DNA of 63,860 bases, filler included, from Atractiella rhizophila (lineage: Eukaryota): the NCBI GenBank assembly GCA_021432655.1. It is 3 parts of 3 records of this genome, joined end to end, with 100 filler letters (N's around TTAATTAATTAA, not from the genome) between each part and the next. Parts side by side here need not be neighbours in the genome. Positions count along the whole stretch, not along the records: positions 1 to 25,254 come from MU271777.1; 2 more parts are not named here. One strand, 5' to 3'. Positions 1 through 11,729 of the stretch are shown here, one piece after another. The translations under genes were made by a program, and so were the position numbers. The notes below the pieces were generated by a model, which ran no database searches, was not told the DNA's origin, and worked only from the letters and a program-made list of their open reading frames with translations. Numbering within the stretch: position 1 is the stretch's first letter; each line of letters opens with the position of its first letter.

Positions 1-603
1 TCACGCCGCCTCATGCAACGTACATTCTATCCTGTCTCCTGCCAGCGTTCGACCAACCATGCATCCTTTATCCACGAAAAAAGAACAGGGTCATTTAATG
101 ACCCTGTACATCCTTAGACGGAGGATTCAATATCATTCGTATATTCTAGAAGTAGATCGATTTATTCGTTTCTGGTATTTATCATTCAGTTGGCGTTCAC
201 GTCGCGGTTGGAGTTGAAAGTGAGGTGTGCCTGCTTTTGCTTTTGTGACCGTTCATTGGATGTGTAGAAGTGAATGGACGTAAAATATAACTTTTTTATA
301 CCATCGTTATCAATAGACTAGACCCTGATCTCACCCGACCATGATTCCGCCCTCTCCTTTAGAGCTAGAAATCTGAATATTGAATGTTGAATGCCAAGCC
401 AACCATCAGGCGATACGCCAATCAATCTGATAGGGGTCTGACATAAGGCACCTTGGAGTGAGACGAAAATTTGGACTAAATTTATTGGGAAAAATGCCAC
501 CTATGGACAAAAATTGACGAGAAACTAAGGCTTTGCTATTCACTACATAGTGTCCTTCTCAGCCATCGACGTTTTGCCGTCGTGAGCATGCACTAAAGTT
601 TCT

Positions 604-1047
604 TCAAGGGTTGCTGCAGATCAAAGCTTGACCCAACTGCCACAGAGATGTCAATAACTAGTGATTGTGAGCTAGACGGAGAAGAGACGTACGACGGGCA
701 AGATGCAGCAGCGAGCCCTTTGTCCGATGTCAGCACAGATATCGATGAAGTTGGTCTGGGAAGTTGGCGTCGTAGGAGCTGCAGTACAAGGGTCACATGA
801 ATCAAATTAGTACACGAGCTCCTGACGGAGAGATAAGGGGGACAAACGAGAAGCACAATCCAAATCCGCCAATCCCAATACGTCCGTAGCGCAGCATTGA
901 GGAGAGCCAGATGCGCAATGGTAGACCTGGCGAGACTCCACGGGGGACGCTGCCACTGCAATCCAGGTTAGCTTTGACATTTATTGTGTAGGGAAGCGTA
1001 CCAGCGGTGAAAACAGCGAGGCTGGCAATAACAGTGAAGAACTTCAT
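604..1047 (-). CDS. Class II hydrophobin (cerato-ulmin/HFBII/MHP1-like), 4 exons, 90 aa
   Basis: Exons 1047-1002, 955-848, 778-693 and 636-604 with GT-AG introns give MKFFTVIASLAVFTAVAASPVESRQVYHCASGSPQCCATDVLGLADLDCASPPTTPTSQTNFIDICADIGQRARCCILPVLGQALICSNP*. It has a signal peptide and 8 Cys spaced C-6-CC-11-C-16-C-8-CC-10-C. Confidence 0.93.
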
Positions 1048-1136
1048 AGCTAAAACTTGAAGGTGTTTGAGAGATGGTTGGAGAGAACGAAACCTGTGGG
1101 TCTTGAGAAGATGGGTTGTACCAGAATCCATTACCC

Positions 1137-1144
1137 TTTTTATA
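1137..1144 (-). promoter_or_regulatory. TATA box of the hydrophobin gene
   Basis: TATAAAAA on the minus strand, about 90 nt upstream of the ATG at 1047. Confidence 0.6.
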
Positions 1145-3346
1145 CCTTTCGAGAGCCTGATTTTGCAGAGACCCCGCTATCGTGACGACTAGGCTTGGAT
1201 GAATGCCAACGTCATGTAATCAGAGTTGTCCACAAGCAATCGCATCCAACTCGCTGCAATTACGGCCACAGTCAAAGCCACAAACATTCATCGCAGAATG
1301 GGAAGATCGACATCGACGCAATCTCTCTCTGATCCTGCTTCTCAAATTGCTGGGCGATGGTGACGATTGGTCAAAGATCGACTGGTGATGACGGAGGAGC
1401 TGTAGAGTAATATTCGAGAGAAGCGTTTATAGATATTTCAATATTGTGCCTTCGTAAATCCTTGCAAGTTGAAACAAATTAGAATCCCAATTTGACGCTT
1501 ATTGAGCGACAGTCATTCCTGTTCCATGAAACAATCCCAATCTACCATCGAACGTCATACCTAGGTTGCCCCGCTTTAAACTCGCCTCCGCTCCATGCCA
1601 CCTTCAGAGGGTTTAGAGTGACAACGAGGTGACTTCGTCACTATGGCGTTCAAGCTCCAAGCGTAATCTCGATGAATTCGTCAGGGTTGGTCGAAGTTTG
1701 ATTCTCTCTCTGCACAGTATCGCCTTGTGCTCGCCTGAACCTGGAAGGGTTGCAAGTGAGCGGGAACCAGTCATGGGGTCACAAATTGACCTGTCGAGCA
1801 TATCAAAAGCCTAGGTCGCAACGGTTCATGATTATTTTTTTATGGCATGAAAAATACATTGCCACAATTCTACGAGGCGGAGTCAGCTTGACTGGAAAAG
1901 CTAGCAGAATAATTTCTGTCATAAGCCGCATCCATTACAGCCACTTCTTCACCGAATAATGGTCATTTAAGCAATGGAGACAAAGATTGGAAAAAGATGA
2001 AGATGTGACGTGCGCAAACAAACACCATTATGACAAGAATCTACTACCTAACATGGCATCGTCCAATGTTGTTCTTGTTATATAGTACGTCCAACGACTA
2101 GCCCTCTGGGAAGGGACCATCTTCGGCAAGTACTCTGTTTGAACCCCTGATGTTTCCTCTCTTCGCATACTTGAGCTGTAGAATAACCAGACCAAAGGAC
2201 GTCTTCTGCGAAAATTGCACCACCCAGGACGGCCGAGAATGAAATGTGGAAAGAAGTGGGTAGTGGAGAAGTTTTCATGCTACATGTAGGTCGAAATGCA
2301 AACTTCAGGTTCATAAGTTTACGCTGAGCGACCAAGGCAACTACCTCGATAGAGAACAACTGTTAACTACTTGTCAAAAATATTGCCTTCAATGGGCCGG
2401 GGACGATTTCCCGATGTTTGAGATTTTACTGGCAAAATTGTGTGATATGATATGAAGCATGTCAAATAGCGGACCGCTGAAGCTGAAGCTGAGTTCAAAA
2501 TGTCAAATCGCGAGCACATGAACTCGCACCTGGTCACGTCAACCTCAACTTCCTACAGAAACTGGTCTGAGTGCTTCGCGTTTCCCATCCTATCCAAAAC
2601 TTGTGCCAACCGTAAACTTGAATATCTTTTGGGTTCAGCGGGCGGACGGATATCATCCATTGTTCTATGATCGAAAGAAACGACACGCGTTTCGCATTGA
2701 CCTTTCCTCAAAGTCTCAGCGACCTCAGCTTCTTCATCTCCATTCCTTTTGTTGTTTCTATGTGTTGTGTACATCAGTGAGCTCGAATTCGCTGGGAGGT
2801 CGAGCAATTTGCACCGAAGGAATCAGCTTGTTCTGAAAGAGGTTGGGATAAGGAAGAAGCTGTGACGTGCGAGCAAGAGCAAGAGCTCTAGGTAGGTGTT
2901 CAACAAAAGCGTTGCGATCTGCCCACACCCTTTGAATAATAGAAAGGTCACAAGAAGCTGGAAGTAGAGTCGCCTGCTTCCTTGGTTGTCTGGACGACAA
3001 TCGACAATTCATAACTCTTTCTCCCGCCCTCTCCATCTGCCCACCTCCAACCTTCGCCTCGGAGGAGCGAGCTACTGTTGAGTAACTGGAGCCTTGATGC
3101 GTAACGAGCATCGACGTCGAGCTCTTGCAGTTGTACAACGTCGACCTCTTTTTCTCTTTTGATTTGGTAAAAGTAAAACGCTGGCCGGTTGTACACTTGG
3201 TCAGGTGTGCCATCTATGCTTTCCTTCCTTTCAGCTTTTCACTTTTACTAACAAATGGTTGCGACAAGCTGGCCTGACTTTTCACTCGAAAGCCGGCCTA
3301 TTCGTTCTTTCCAACCTAACCCAATCGTTCTTTCTCTCAAAAGAAA

Positions 3347-6342
3347 ATGTCACATCCTGCCAAGTCCTTTGTCCACCTCACTATCCGCGCCGCCGCCCAT
3401 GTCAATTCCACCCACTCCTCAACATCTAACTCCTCCTCTTCTCTTGCGTCATCCTTCAGCTCGAATGCAACCGATGGCAAAGTCACTGGTTTCGAGGCTT
3501 TCTCAGCTGCCATCTTCGAGATGCCGTTCGGAGTGAGGTGGTCGAATAGTCTGATGATAGAGCAGGTTCGTCTGTCACTCGTTCTCCCACTGTCAAGTCG
3601 CAAACTGATGGACCGGTGGATTGCAGCTCGTAGCTGATATCCCCCTCATCTCCATTGGCATCCTCGGTCTAGGGGTAGGAACGGTTTGGATCGGACTCGC
3701 ACGCCTCAACCGTCCCTTACTCTACATCCTGCTCTCCACACTCTTCTCGCTCTTTGGGGGAATCATCGACTTGGGAAACCTGCTCTATTCGCAAGGGACG
3801 AGCACTATCCGTCTCTCCTCCCTCTCCATCACCACCACTCTCTTCTTAGCTGGCACCACCGTCTTCCGTCTCCTCTACCTCTACCGGCGCGCCACTCAAG
3901 CCGCAGTCCTCGAGAAAAAGATCATCATCAAGACAGGATTGGAGCAACAGAGCGTGATGCGTCGTCTTAGTCGCTGGAGCTTCCGTCCTAGGGAAGGAGA
4001 GGTCGTCCTCCATTCCGCTAGCTGGGAACGCTTCGGCATCACAGGGAGCATGATTAAGTTCACCATGCTCGCCGTCGTCGTTGCCGTGGGAGTGTTGGAG
4101 GCGTTATGGAGGATAGGATTCTTGACTGTTCGTCTTTCTTCTCCCCTCCCCCACGACATGGTACTGAAGTTGCGTTCTTTGCTGCGTGTTGGATCCGCAG
4201 GATGTCAATAAATTCGCAGTCGTCAATCGTGCCAGCCATGGGCTACAGATTGCCTATCTTGCCATCTTCACGATCAAGATTGTCGAGTCGACCTACACGG
4301 TGGACCATAAACCGCGTTGGGAGAACTATCGCGAGTGCGTCCTCCCCTCGATCCAAAATTATGATTGTTGACAAGTCCCTGCGAACAAAAGTGCCTTCCC
4401 GGTGTTGTTCGGAAATGTAATAGGTGTTGCGAACGCAGTACCCAACTTTCCCATCCTCGGATTCTCAGAAACCCCTGTCGGACGCTTCCTCAGCGTCGTC
4501 CAGACCTACATCTATCTCATCGACCTCGTCATCTCAGATGTCCGACGACCAATACGAGATTCCATCTCTTTCGACCCTCCACACCCTCCCTTGTTGGAAA
4601 AGATCGAATCGCCAAAGTCCGAGGATGCAATTTCCGTCCTCTCCCTCCCTGTTCCCACCACAGAAACTGTTCGATCGGAACAAACCATCCCCGTCCCTGG
4701 ACCTCCTCTGCGGCCTCCGCGCCCAGATGAGGTGAGGGTGGGGCAGGATGAGATGGGATGGAACGGGCCAGTCATTCGTCGGAGCTCAAACATACCTAGC
4801 TGGTTAGGTCCACCTGGAGGACGGGCGACGACGGTTGATGTGGGTGAGAAAGAAGAGGAAGACAAGGAAGAGGGTACGGGGTATGGAAGAGACGATAGAC
4901 CGTTCAGTGGACCTGTAGCGCCGTCACCCGTTTCATTCAACGGTAGTCAGAGGGAGAGGCCGACTGAGGGTAGCATCATTCTTGGTGGGCCGCCTTCAAT
5001 GTTCTTTGGCGGAGGACCGAGCAACAATGCCAGACCTCCCCCGTTTGCCCAACAGCAGGAACAACTCCAGCCTGGACAGCTGAACAGGGCTCCGTCAGCC
5101 GGTCGCTACGATGGGCGTGGATACCGTCTATCCTCTCCAACTGTCGATCAGCCCTTCATCCTGCCACCGGTTCCCATACCCTCGGCCATCTCTCAACCTC
5201 CATCTCAACCCCAATCGCAGCCGCGGACTCCTCGCACGCCAGGTAACAGATCTCCTCCCGCCATACCACCTCCAACTGCCCAGCTACCGCAGATACCTTT
5301 AATGTCGAATTTGTCGCGCAACGCCTCTTCGAACGAATCCACGAGCGCGGAAAATATCAAGACGGATTCAGATAAGTCGCGGGCCTCCCTGCCTTCTATA
5401 CAGAGTGGGGTATCACTCAATAGCGCCTTCTCCCTGTCCAACTTTCCCGTTCCACCGGTCCCAGGAATGGGCGAGGAGGTAGAAGGAAAAGGAAGAAGGG
5501 AAAGCTCACTACCGTCGATCTACACGTCGTCCATGCTACCGATGCCGTCAACTACGTCGGTCTTCATCGATGATGAGACCTTCCTATTCGGACCCATCCC
5601 CGCCGTACCAAATAATCCAAGGGATTCGAAAACGAGCGTTGCCTCGTCGACAGGGACCGCCAAAGTTGCCGCAGTGAATGTCACGTCGTTCATTGGCGGC
5701 GGCAGGGGGAGCATAGGACCCGTGCTTTCGAGTGGTGGAGTAGGCTTAAGGAAGTCCATGCACTCGAAGAAACCGAGTGATGCTCTCTCCACCCTTCCCG
5801 AAGGATCCGACCTCTCAGATCCCACCACTCCCAACCCTCTGACACCGACCGAGATTCGTCAAGCTCAATGGGTGGGAAGGACAGGCAGCAACCTCACCCT
5901 CCCTAACTCCGCTCCCATCCCTGCGCCAAATCCCAACCCGAATCCGAATCCCAACCCTTCATCCGCTCCCAACTCGTCTTACGCTCCTGACCGGTCATCC
6001 CCAACGGGAAGAGGACCCGGCTTGCCCTCAAATCCTCGTCCGAAACGCAAGGCGTCGACGGACTCGGAATCCTCACAATGGACTGCCAGCGCCAACACGA
6101 CCCCTCTCACGACGGTGGACGGACACGTAATCGCCCAGTCAGGTTCTAACTCTTCAATCTACAGCTACGATCCAAAGCGCGCCTTTGAACGTCCACGTCC
6201 TCCACCCCTTCAGCTCATTAAGGAGGTCTCGAATGAGAGACTACCCCTTGCTCAGGATCCTGTGCCTGCGGTTGGAGAGAGGAAGTTTAGGAGCAGAACG
6301 GTGGGAAAGGACCAAATTGTGGTTCTGAGGCCGGCAGCGTGA
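3347..6342 (+). CDS. Hypothetical multi-pass membrane protein with a long Pro/Ser-rich disordered C-terminus
   Basis: ORF 3347 splices (GTTCGT...TTGCAG, about 3566-3626) into the hydrophobic ORF 3621, which has several TM-like segments. Further exons lead into the 646-aa low-complexity ORF 4402-6342. Confidence 0.7.
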
Positions 6343-6678
6343 TCTTTTAGCTTCTAGATGGAATTGATTGGAGGAACAGGAAGGTATACACTTAATTGTT
6401 AGGGTTGTTGAGAATATTTTCTGGTTCTAACATGCACGTCTGCATAGCAAGTCTTGAAGACTCGTATATCCTTATGTATTTCATACCTAGTTCTCATTAC
6501 TCCTGCGATGCCATCATCATTGGATACCGCTGAACTCATGGAGTACTGCACTGAGAAGGTGAACTCTGCAAAACGAAAGGACGAACACAGAATAAGACCA
6601 CCCAAGCAAGTCAAAAAGGAAGAGATGAGCAAACATCTTGCTTAAGAGAAGATGAGGGAGTGTAAAGAGAAGAGTTGG

Positions 6679-7262
6679 TCAGCCTCGCGCAGCTCTTTCC
6701 ATAACTAAACTCTTTAGCAGCTCGTTCTGCTTCTTCAGCTCTTTCGCTTCCTCCTCCTAATACACCTCATTAGTCAACGCGAGATACGACAGAAGCAGAA
6801 ACGCACCAGTCCCTTCACCTTAATATCCAGCTCATCAACCGTCCTCTGCAACTCCTCCATTCGCGCCTTCTTCCTCGCTCTGAACCTCACTATATGTACA
6901 TACGATGAGATTAGGAAAGGAAAGGGAAGAAGGAACAGACCAGAAGCCTCGGTATTTTTCTTCCTCCTCGTGCTCTTCTTCGACCCGCTGCCCGTTTCCG
7001 GCTGCTCCTCCTCATATTCATCCTCGAACTCCTCCTCACCCTCCCTCTCTGGGTCTACAGTTGACGAGCCAGCGTCCGAAACATTCGCTGCACCAGGAGC
7101 GGACCACATGGCCAGATTGGACAGATTCGCAGGCATGGATGCTGAGGCTGATGCAGCCAATGGCGTCGATGTTAAGGGTGAAGTGAACGACGTTAAAGTA
7201 GGAGTTGAGACAGAAGTCGAGGGATGAGCGGGGTATGAGGTACTTGTACGGCGCAGAATCAT
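6679..7262 (-). CDS. bZIP transcription factor (start uncertain)
   Basis: Spliced basic region RRKKNTEAS/ARFRARKKARMEELQRTVDELDIKVKGL, then the leucine-zipper exon EEEAKELKKQNELLKSLVMERAARG*. Confidence 0.8.
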
Positions 7263-8117
7263 CCCATGAGTACTCCCACTGGCAACAACTGGAGGAGCTG
7301 ATGCGATAGCAGTGAGTGAGGGAGGGAGTGGGAAGGTGACGTGAGAGGAAGCGGGAGGGGATGACTTCTTTGCGTAAGTGTGAGGAGAAGAGGCTGACGG
7401 GAATGAGTGGGCTGGAGATTGGGAAGGTGCGTGCGTTGGAGGAGGGGGTTGGGATTTGGCGTGAGAGTCCGGGTGACTGTGGTGAGGTATGGGTATTGGA
7501 TCTGGAAGTGCTGGAACTTTGAAAGTCCCATCCCTGCAACATCCACAGGTTCAACGGCTCAGCGGAGTTCTGCACACACGCAAGGAAGAGGGAACTTACA
7601 ACGTTTGGCTGAGGGAATCTGCTGCCATCTCCCTTGCAATCCGAATATTATCTCTTGACCTTTTTATGCTTCCTCCAATTGTGCGTCTGGGCTGACTGAT
7701 GATTGTTTTGTCGACGACTTTCCCTCAAGTTCGCACGTTCAAGGCGTCGAACGGAAATGTTAGCTTCAATGGTGGCTGAATTGGGTGGGGAATTGTCAGG
7801 ATAAATGCTTCGGGTGCGCGAAACAATGGTGCCTGATTGCGCGACGCTGGAGCAAAGTGAGCACTCGCGGTCAAGGACACTGACATTTGGTTCCGATCTC
7901 CGCAATGTTTCGAGTGCAGTGAATATGTGCAGAATATTGAAATATACAATGGCAAATATATCTGATTTGTCAGTGAAGCTTATTGAGGCAGGTTCAATGG
8001 TCGATGGATAGTGCTTTTATACGTTCAACATTATACATCATATGAGATACAAGAATGTGCAAAGGAACAAGCAGACTACGAATCCAATGTCATGGATGAA
8101 GAGATTTACAAAGACTC

Positions 8118-11100
8118 CTACTCCCTGAACCTCTTCATCGCTCTCTCCTCTTCCTCTCTCTCGATCTCCCTAATGACCTCCATCTCATCCCCAAACTCTT
8201 CCTCCTCCATCTGCTCTGCACCTCCCACTATTACGGTATGAGCATTGACAGGTGTGGGAGGGAACCGTTCCTCGAAAATCTCCCTCGTCCTCTTCAAGAA
8301 CCCATTTAATTCCATTCCCATGCCTTCTCCAGTTTCTTGCATCTGAAACTGACGCGCATACAAGTCCACAGCCAAAGCGAGGGCGAACTGCCAGCTGTCT
8401 GGTTCTCCTCCGACGATAAAAGGGGGATGAGAAGGCGATGAAGTCGGGGCTTGTTTGTTCGGAGCAGGCGAAGGAGGATCCGGCCAGGTCAGCATGTCCT
8501 TCATCTGGGGGAGGATGGGATGACGTCCACTGTCGTATCTCTGCCCTGAAGACAGGGAGCTGTAGAAACGCTTGACGAGTGGATCAGCCCGCACGGTCTT
8601 GTCTGTGAAATTGGTCACTTGCATCCCTAGCCCACCACGAACGTGGGATGGTGTCAGTAACGTCTTGTGAGATTAGGCGCACACGTCCCCGAAGGGAAGC
8701 TGTACCTTCTTTCGTCCGAGCCCGTGATAAGGCGACGTATGCTTGCCCATTTTCAAAGATGCCAGTCATATCGATGCGTACTGAATCGAGGGACGATCCT
8801 TGACCTTCGTAACACATTGTCAATTCAACCCTTTCAAGGAAAGGTTCAACGACAGAGGCAGGTGACGACAAACTCTTGTGAATGGTTACTGCCCAAGCGT
8901 GCATAAGCGGGAACTGTGCTCGACAGACTTTATTCTCCTTGTCGCAATCCACAACCCAGGTGTACGGCGCTATGATCCTATATGCATCCATCCAGCATCA
9001 CGTCACATCTTCTAAGAAAGTGGATGGGCACCAACCGTTCTTGTTCGTTCGCAAAGAGAATCTTAGGCAGTATGGAGTCTGATTGTTTGTCGAGAAAGGA
9101 TTGAGCACTACCCGTCTCCCTGTCAATGCGGGATAAAGAAGCATGATAGAGTGTACCTCTCACGCCGCCAAACTTCAATGGCGTTTTGAGAATTGTCTTG
9201 TGGAGGGTGGTAGTCAAGATCTTCGAATCCAATCACCACACCCTTGAAGCAAATATCACTTGCCAGTTTGCGAGCTTAGAATAAACTTACTCGGGATCCA
9301 TTCACCAGTCCACTCTCAACTGCCAAATTGCACGTCAACAGAACTTGGGTTCCGACTTTGAGTTCCAGAGTTTTAGGTGCAGGCGTATCGTCGAGCTACA
9401 GCGCCAGCCTCAACGTCGATATTGCCATCGTTAGTGAGTAGAAATACATACTCGACGCCTGAAGTTCTTTGCAAAATGACCTTTGAAGTCATCAAAGGCT
9501 TCAAACGAATAAAGCTGGGTTGTGAGGCGGTTGAACTCGGTCTTGTTCTCCTTTTCGACAGCCGCTTTGCGAGCCATCAGCTTGGTCGGCTATTCAAAAA
9601 CCCATCATCAGGACACATGATAGAGACAAGGGAACATCAGAGCAGCATACTTTGATGTCGCGATTGGTCAGATTCCTTGAACAATCCTTGATGAAATTGT
9701 TGATTTCTTTCACACTTCCCTTCTCGCTATCTCCAATTCGAATCTTGTTGAGAACGCGAATAAACTCTTCATCTGACTGACGAAAGACCTTTGTAAGCTG
9801 TTTAGTGACGAAGTTGAGCCTTTGCCATGTTTCTGTCTGCCACACCATCACCGTTGCTGAGCAAATATGATGGAGAAAGAGCAAGATGTACCTGGAAGCA
9901 GTAAGTATACGACCGTTTCTCGAGCCCACAATCGAGGCAGGACTTGATCTCATCGGCAACAACGCCACTGTTGCCCCCTCCGTCCGAGCGGGATGGCTTC
10001 GGTGGGAAGCGATTGGAGTTGCAGCGGATACAGGTGTCGGGTCCCAGCACTGGAGGGAGCTGAAAGAAATCGCCGCAAGCGATTATTTGTATTCCACCTG
10101 ATCCAGAGTATCAGCACAAATCCGAGGGCAAGTTGGAACAAGGACGCACCGAATGGCATTTTGCTGCCTTTGAGGTCTTGAGCGATCAAATCGAGTTTAA
10201 TGAAGAGGTCTGGTTCAGTCTAGTTCCTCGTGTGAAGGCCAGCAGAACAATGCGAAGGCTATGGCCGTACCATCGAAATCTCATCAATTATCAACGTTTG
10301 ACACCTCCCCCATTCGTTGGTTTTCTTCCTACTCTGCTTGATCCCATCCAGAAGTTCGCCAACGCCTTTGTTCCCCAATCCGACGCCAGCGAAAGAATGT
10401 ATGGTGCGTCCGCCGATGTTGACGGCAGCGATTCCGGTTGGCGCCGTGAGTGTGAAATTGCAAGGACGAGAGGAGAGCATGCCCTTAATCCTATGAAAGC
10501 CAGCTGTGAAACTTCGCTGAGGAAAGGAGGCTGGAGACTACACACTCTCCCAGAAGGAAAGATTTCCCCACACCGGCAGAACCTGTAAAGAAGACGTTTC
10601 GTCCATTCCTAACAAGGTCAAGGACTTCAAGCTGCTCTTCGGAGCATAGTGGATCTTCGAAAGGAAACTCCTCTCAGCATATGGTACATAAGGAAGAAGC
10701 CGTACCTGGATACCAATCGTCACCCGAACCTCTTGTGACTCCTTGAGTCAATCCATCAAGAACAGCTACTTCCTCCGTTCCTGTCTGTTCTGGCTCATAT
10801 TCTTCAATACTGCTTTGCATGACCTTGCTAGCTTGATTTCCGACGTAGCCGTAGTCGTTCAAAGCTTTCAATCCTAGTTCTCGTTCCCGTCGTGCCTTTG
10901 CTAACCTGGCCGCCTGCTCCTTCTTCCTCATGATCTCTTCTGGCGAATCTCCTTCCACTGCTTGGTCCATTCCGTCGAGAATTGGGAGATATTCCTGTCC
11001 ACTTCGTTCTCTCGCAAATACCTCGGGTCTTCTTTGCCTAACTGCAGCTCCTTGATTCGCGACATGGCCATAAGCGTTCAGATATTTCAAACCCAATTCT

Positions 11101-11729
11101 CGCTCTTTTTTCGCCTTTTCCAACTTAGCCTCGAGCTCCCTCTTCCTAATAGTCTCCTCCCGCCTCTTAATAGCGTCCTTCCGCTTGTCCTCCAAACTCA
11201 AGGATGCCCTATTCGGGGAAGGGCTTAATGTGAGGTCGATAATATTGTTTGTGCGAGTGAAAATCGGTGTTTCCAGGAGAGAAGGAATGTATATTGGCGC
11301 TGAAGACGAAGATCCTTGATCTTGGCTTTGAATCTCAACTTGTGATTCGTATCCCGTGATTCGTGAGGGAGCACTTCCAATTTCAGTCGTGCTGAGAGGG
11401 GTGGATTCGCGAGCTGAAGATGAAGATGACATGTGACTACGACTGCGTCTTTCGGCAGTAAGGGGACAAGAAATAGGCGGCTGAAGTGGTAGCAAGCTGG
11501 CATTGTACTGCGCTTGGCTGATAAGTTGAGCGTTTGGGTAGTCTGCGTCGCTTTCGTCAGCCTTCATTCACGCTTGCCTCAAGTGGAAATGCTTACACTG
11601 AGAAGATGCAGCGGGCAGTTCCTCGTACTCTTCAATATCGTCTTCCTTCTCCTGAATCCTGACCCCGCCAACTGAAGCTGGTGGGCTTCCACTCCCTTGA
11701 AAGGGATTGTAATTCGAAAAATACGACAT
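8118..11729 (-). CDS. PIF1: Pif1/Rrm3-family 5'-3' DNA helicase
   Basis: Motifs VFFTGSAGVGKS, TAPTGIAAVNIGGRTIHSFAG, LIIDEISMV, GDFFQLPPV, LTKVFRQSD, QFPLMHAWAVTIHKS/QG and FENGQAYVALSRA across several exons. Confidence 0.93.

Noticed and set aside
1200..3250. Short ORFs between the hydrophobin and the membrane-protein gene
   Set aside because: No recognisable protein features or coherent exon chain.
5920..5960. (PN)n coding repeat in the membrane protein tail
   Set aside because: Ordinary low-complexity tract in a disordered region.
8118..11729. Pif1 helicase as part of a Helitron
   Set aside because: No HUH Rep domain motifs or element termini seen; it is an intron-containing gene among housekeeping neighbours.
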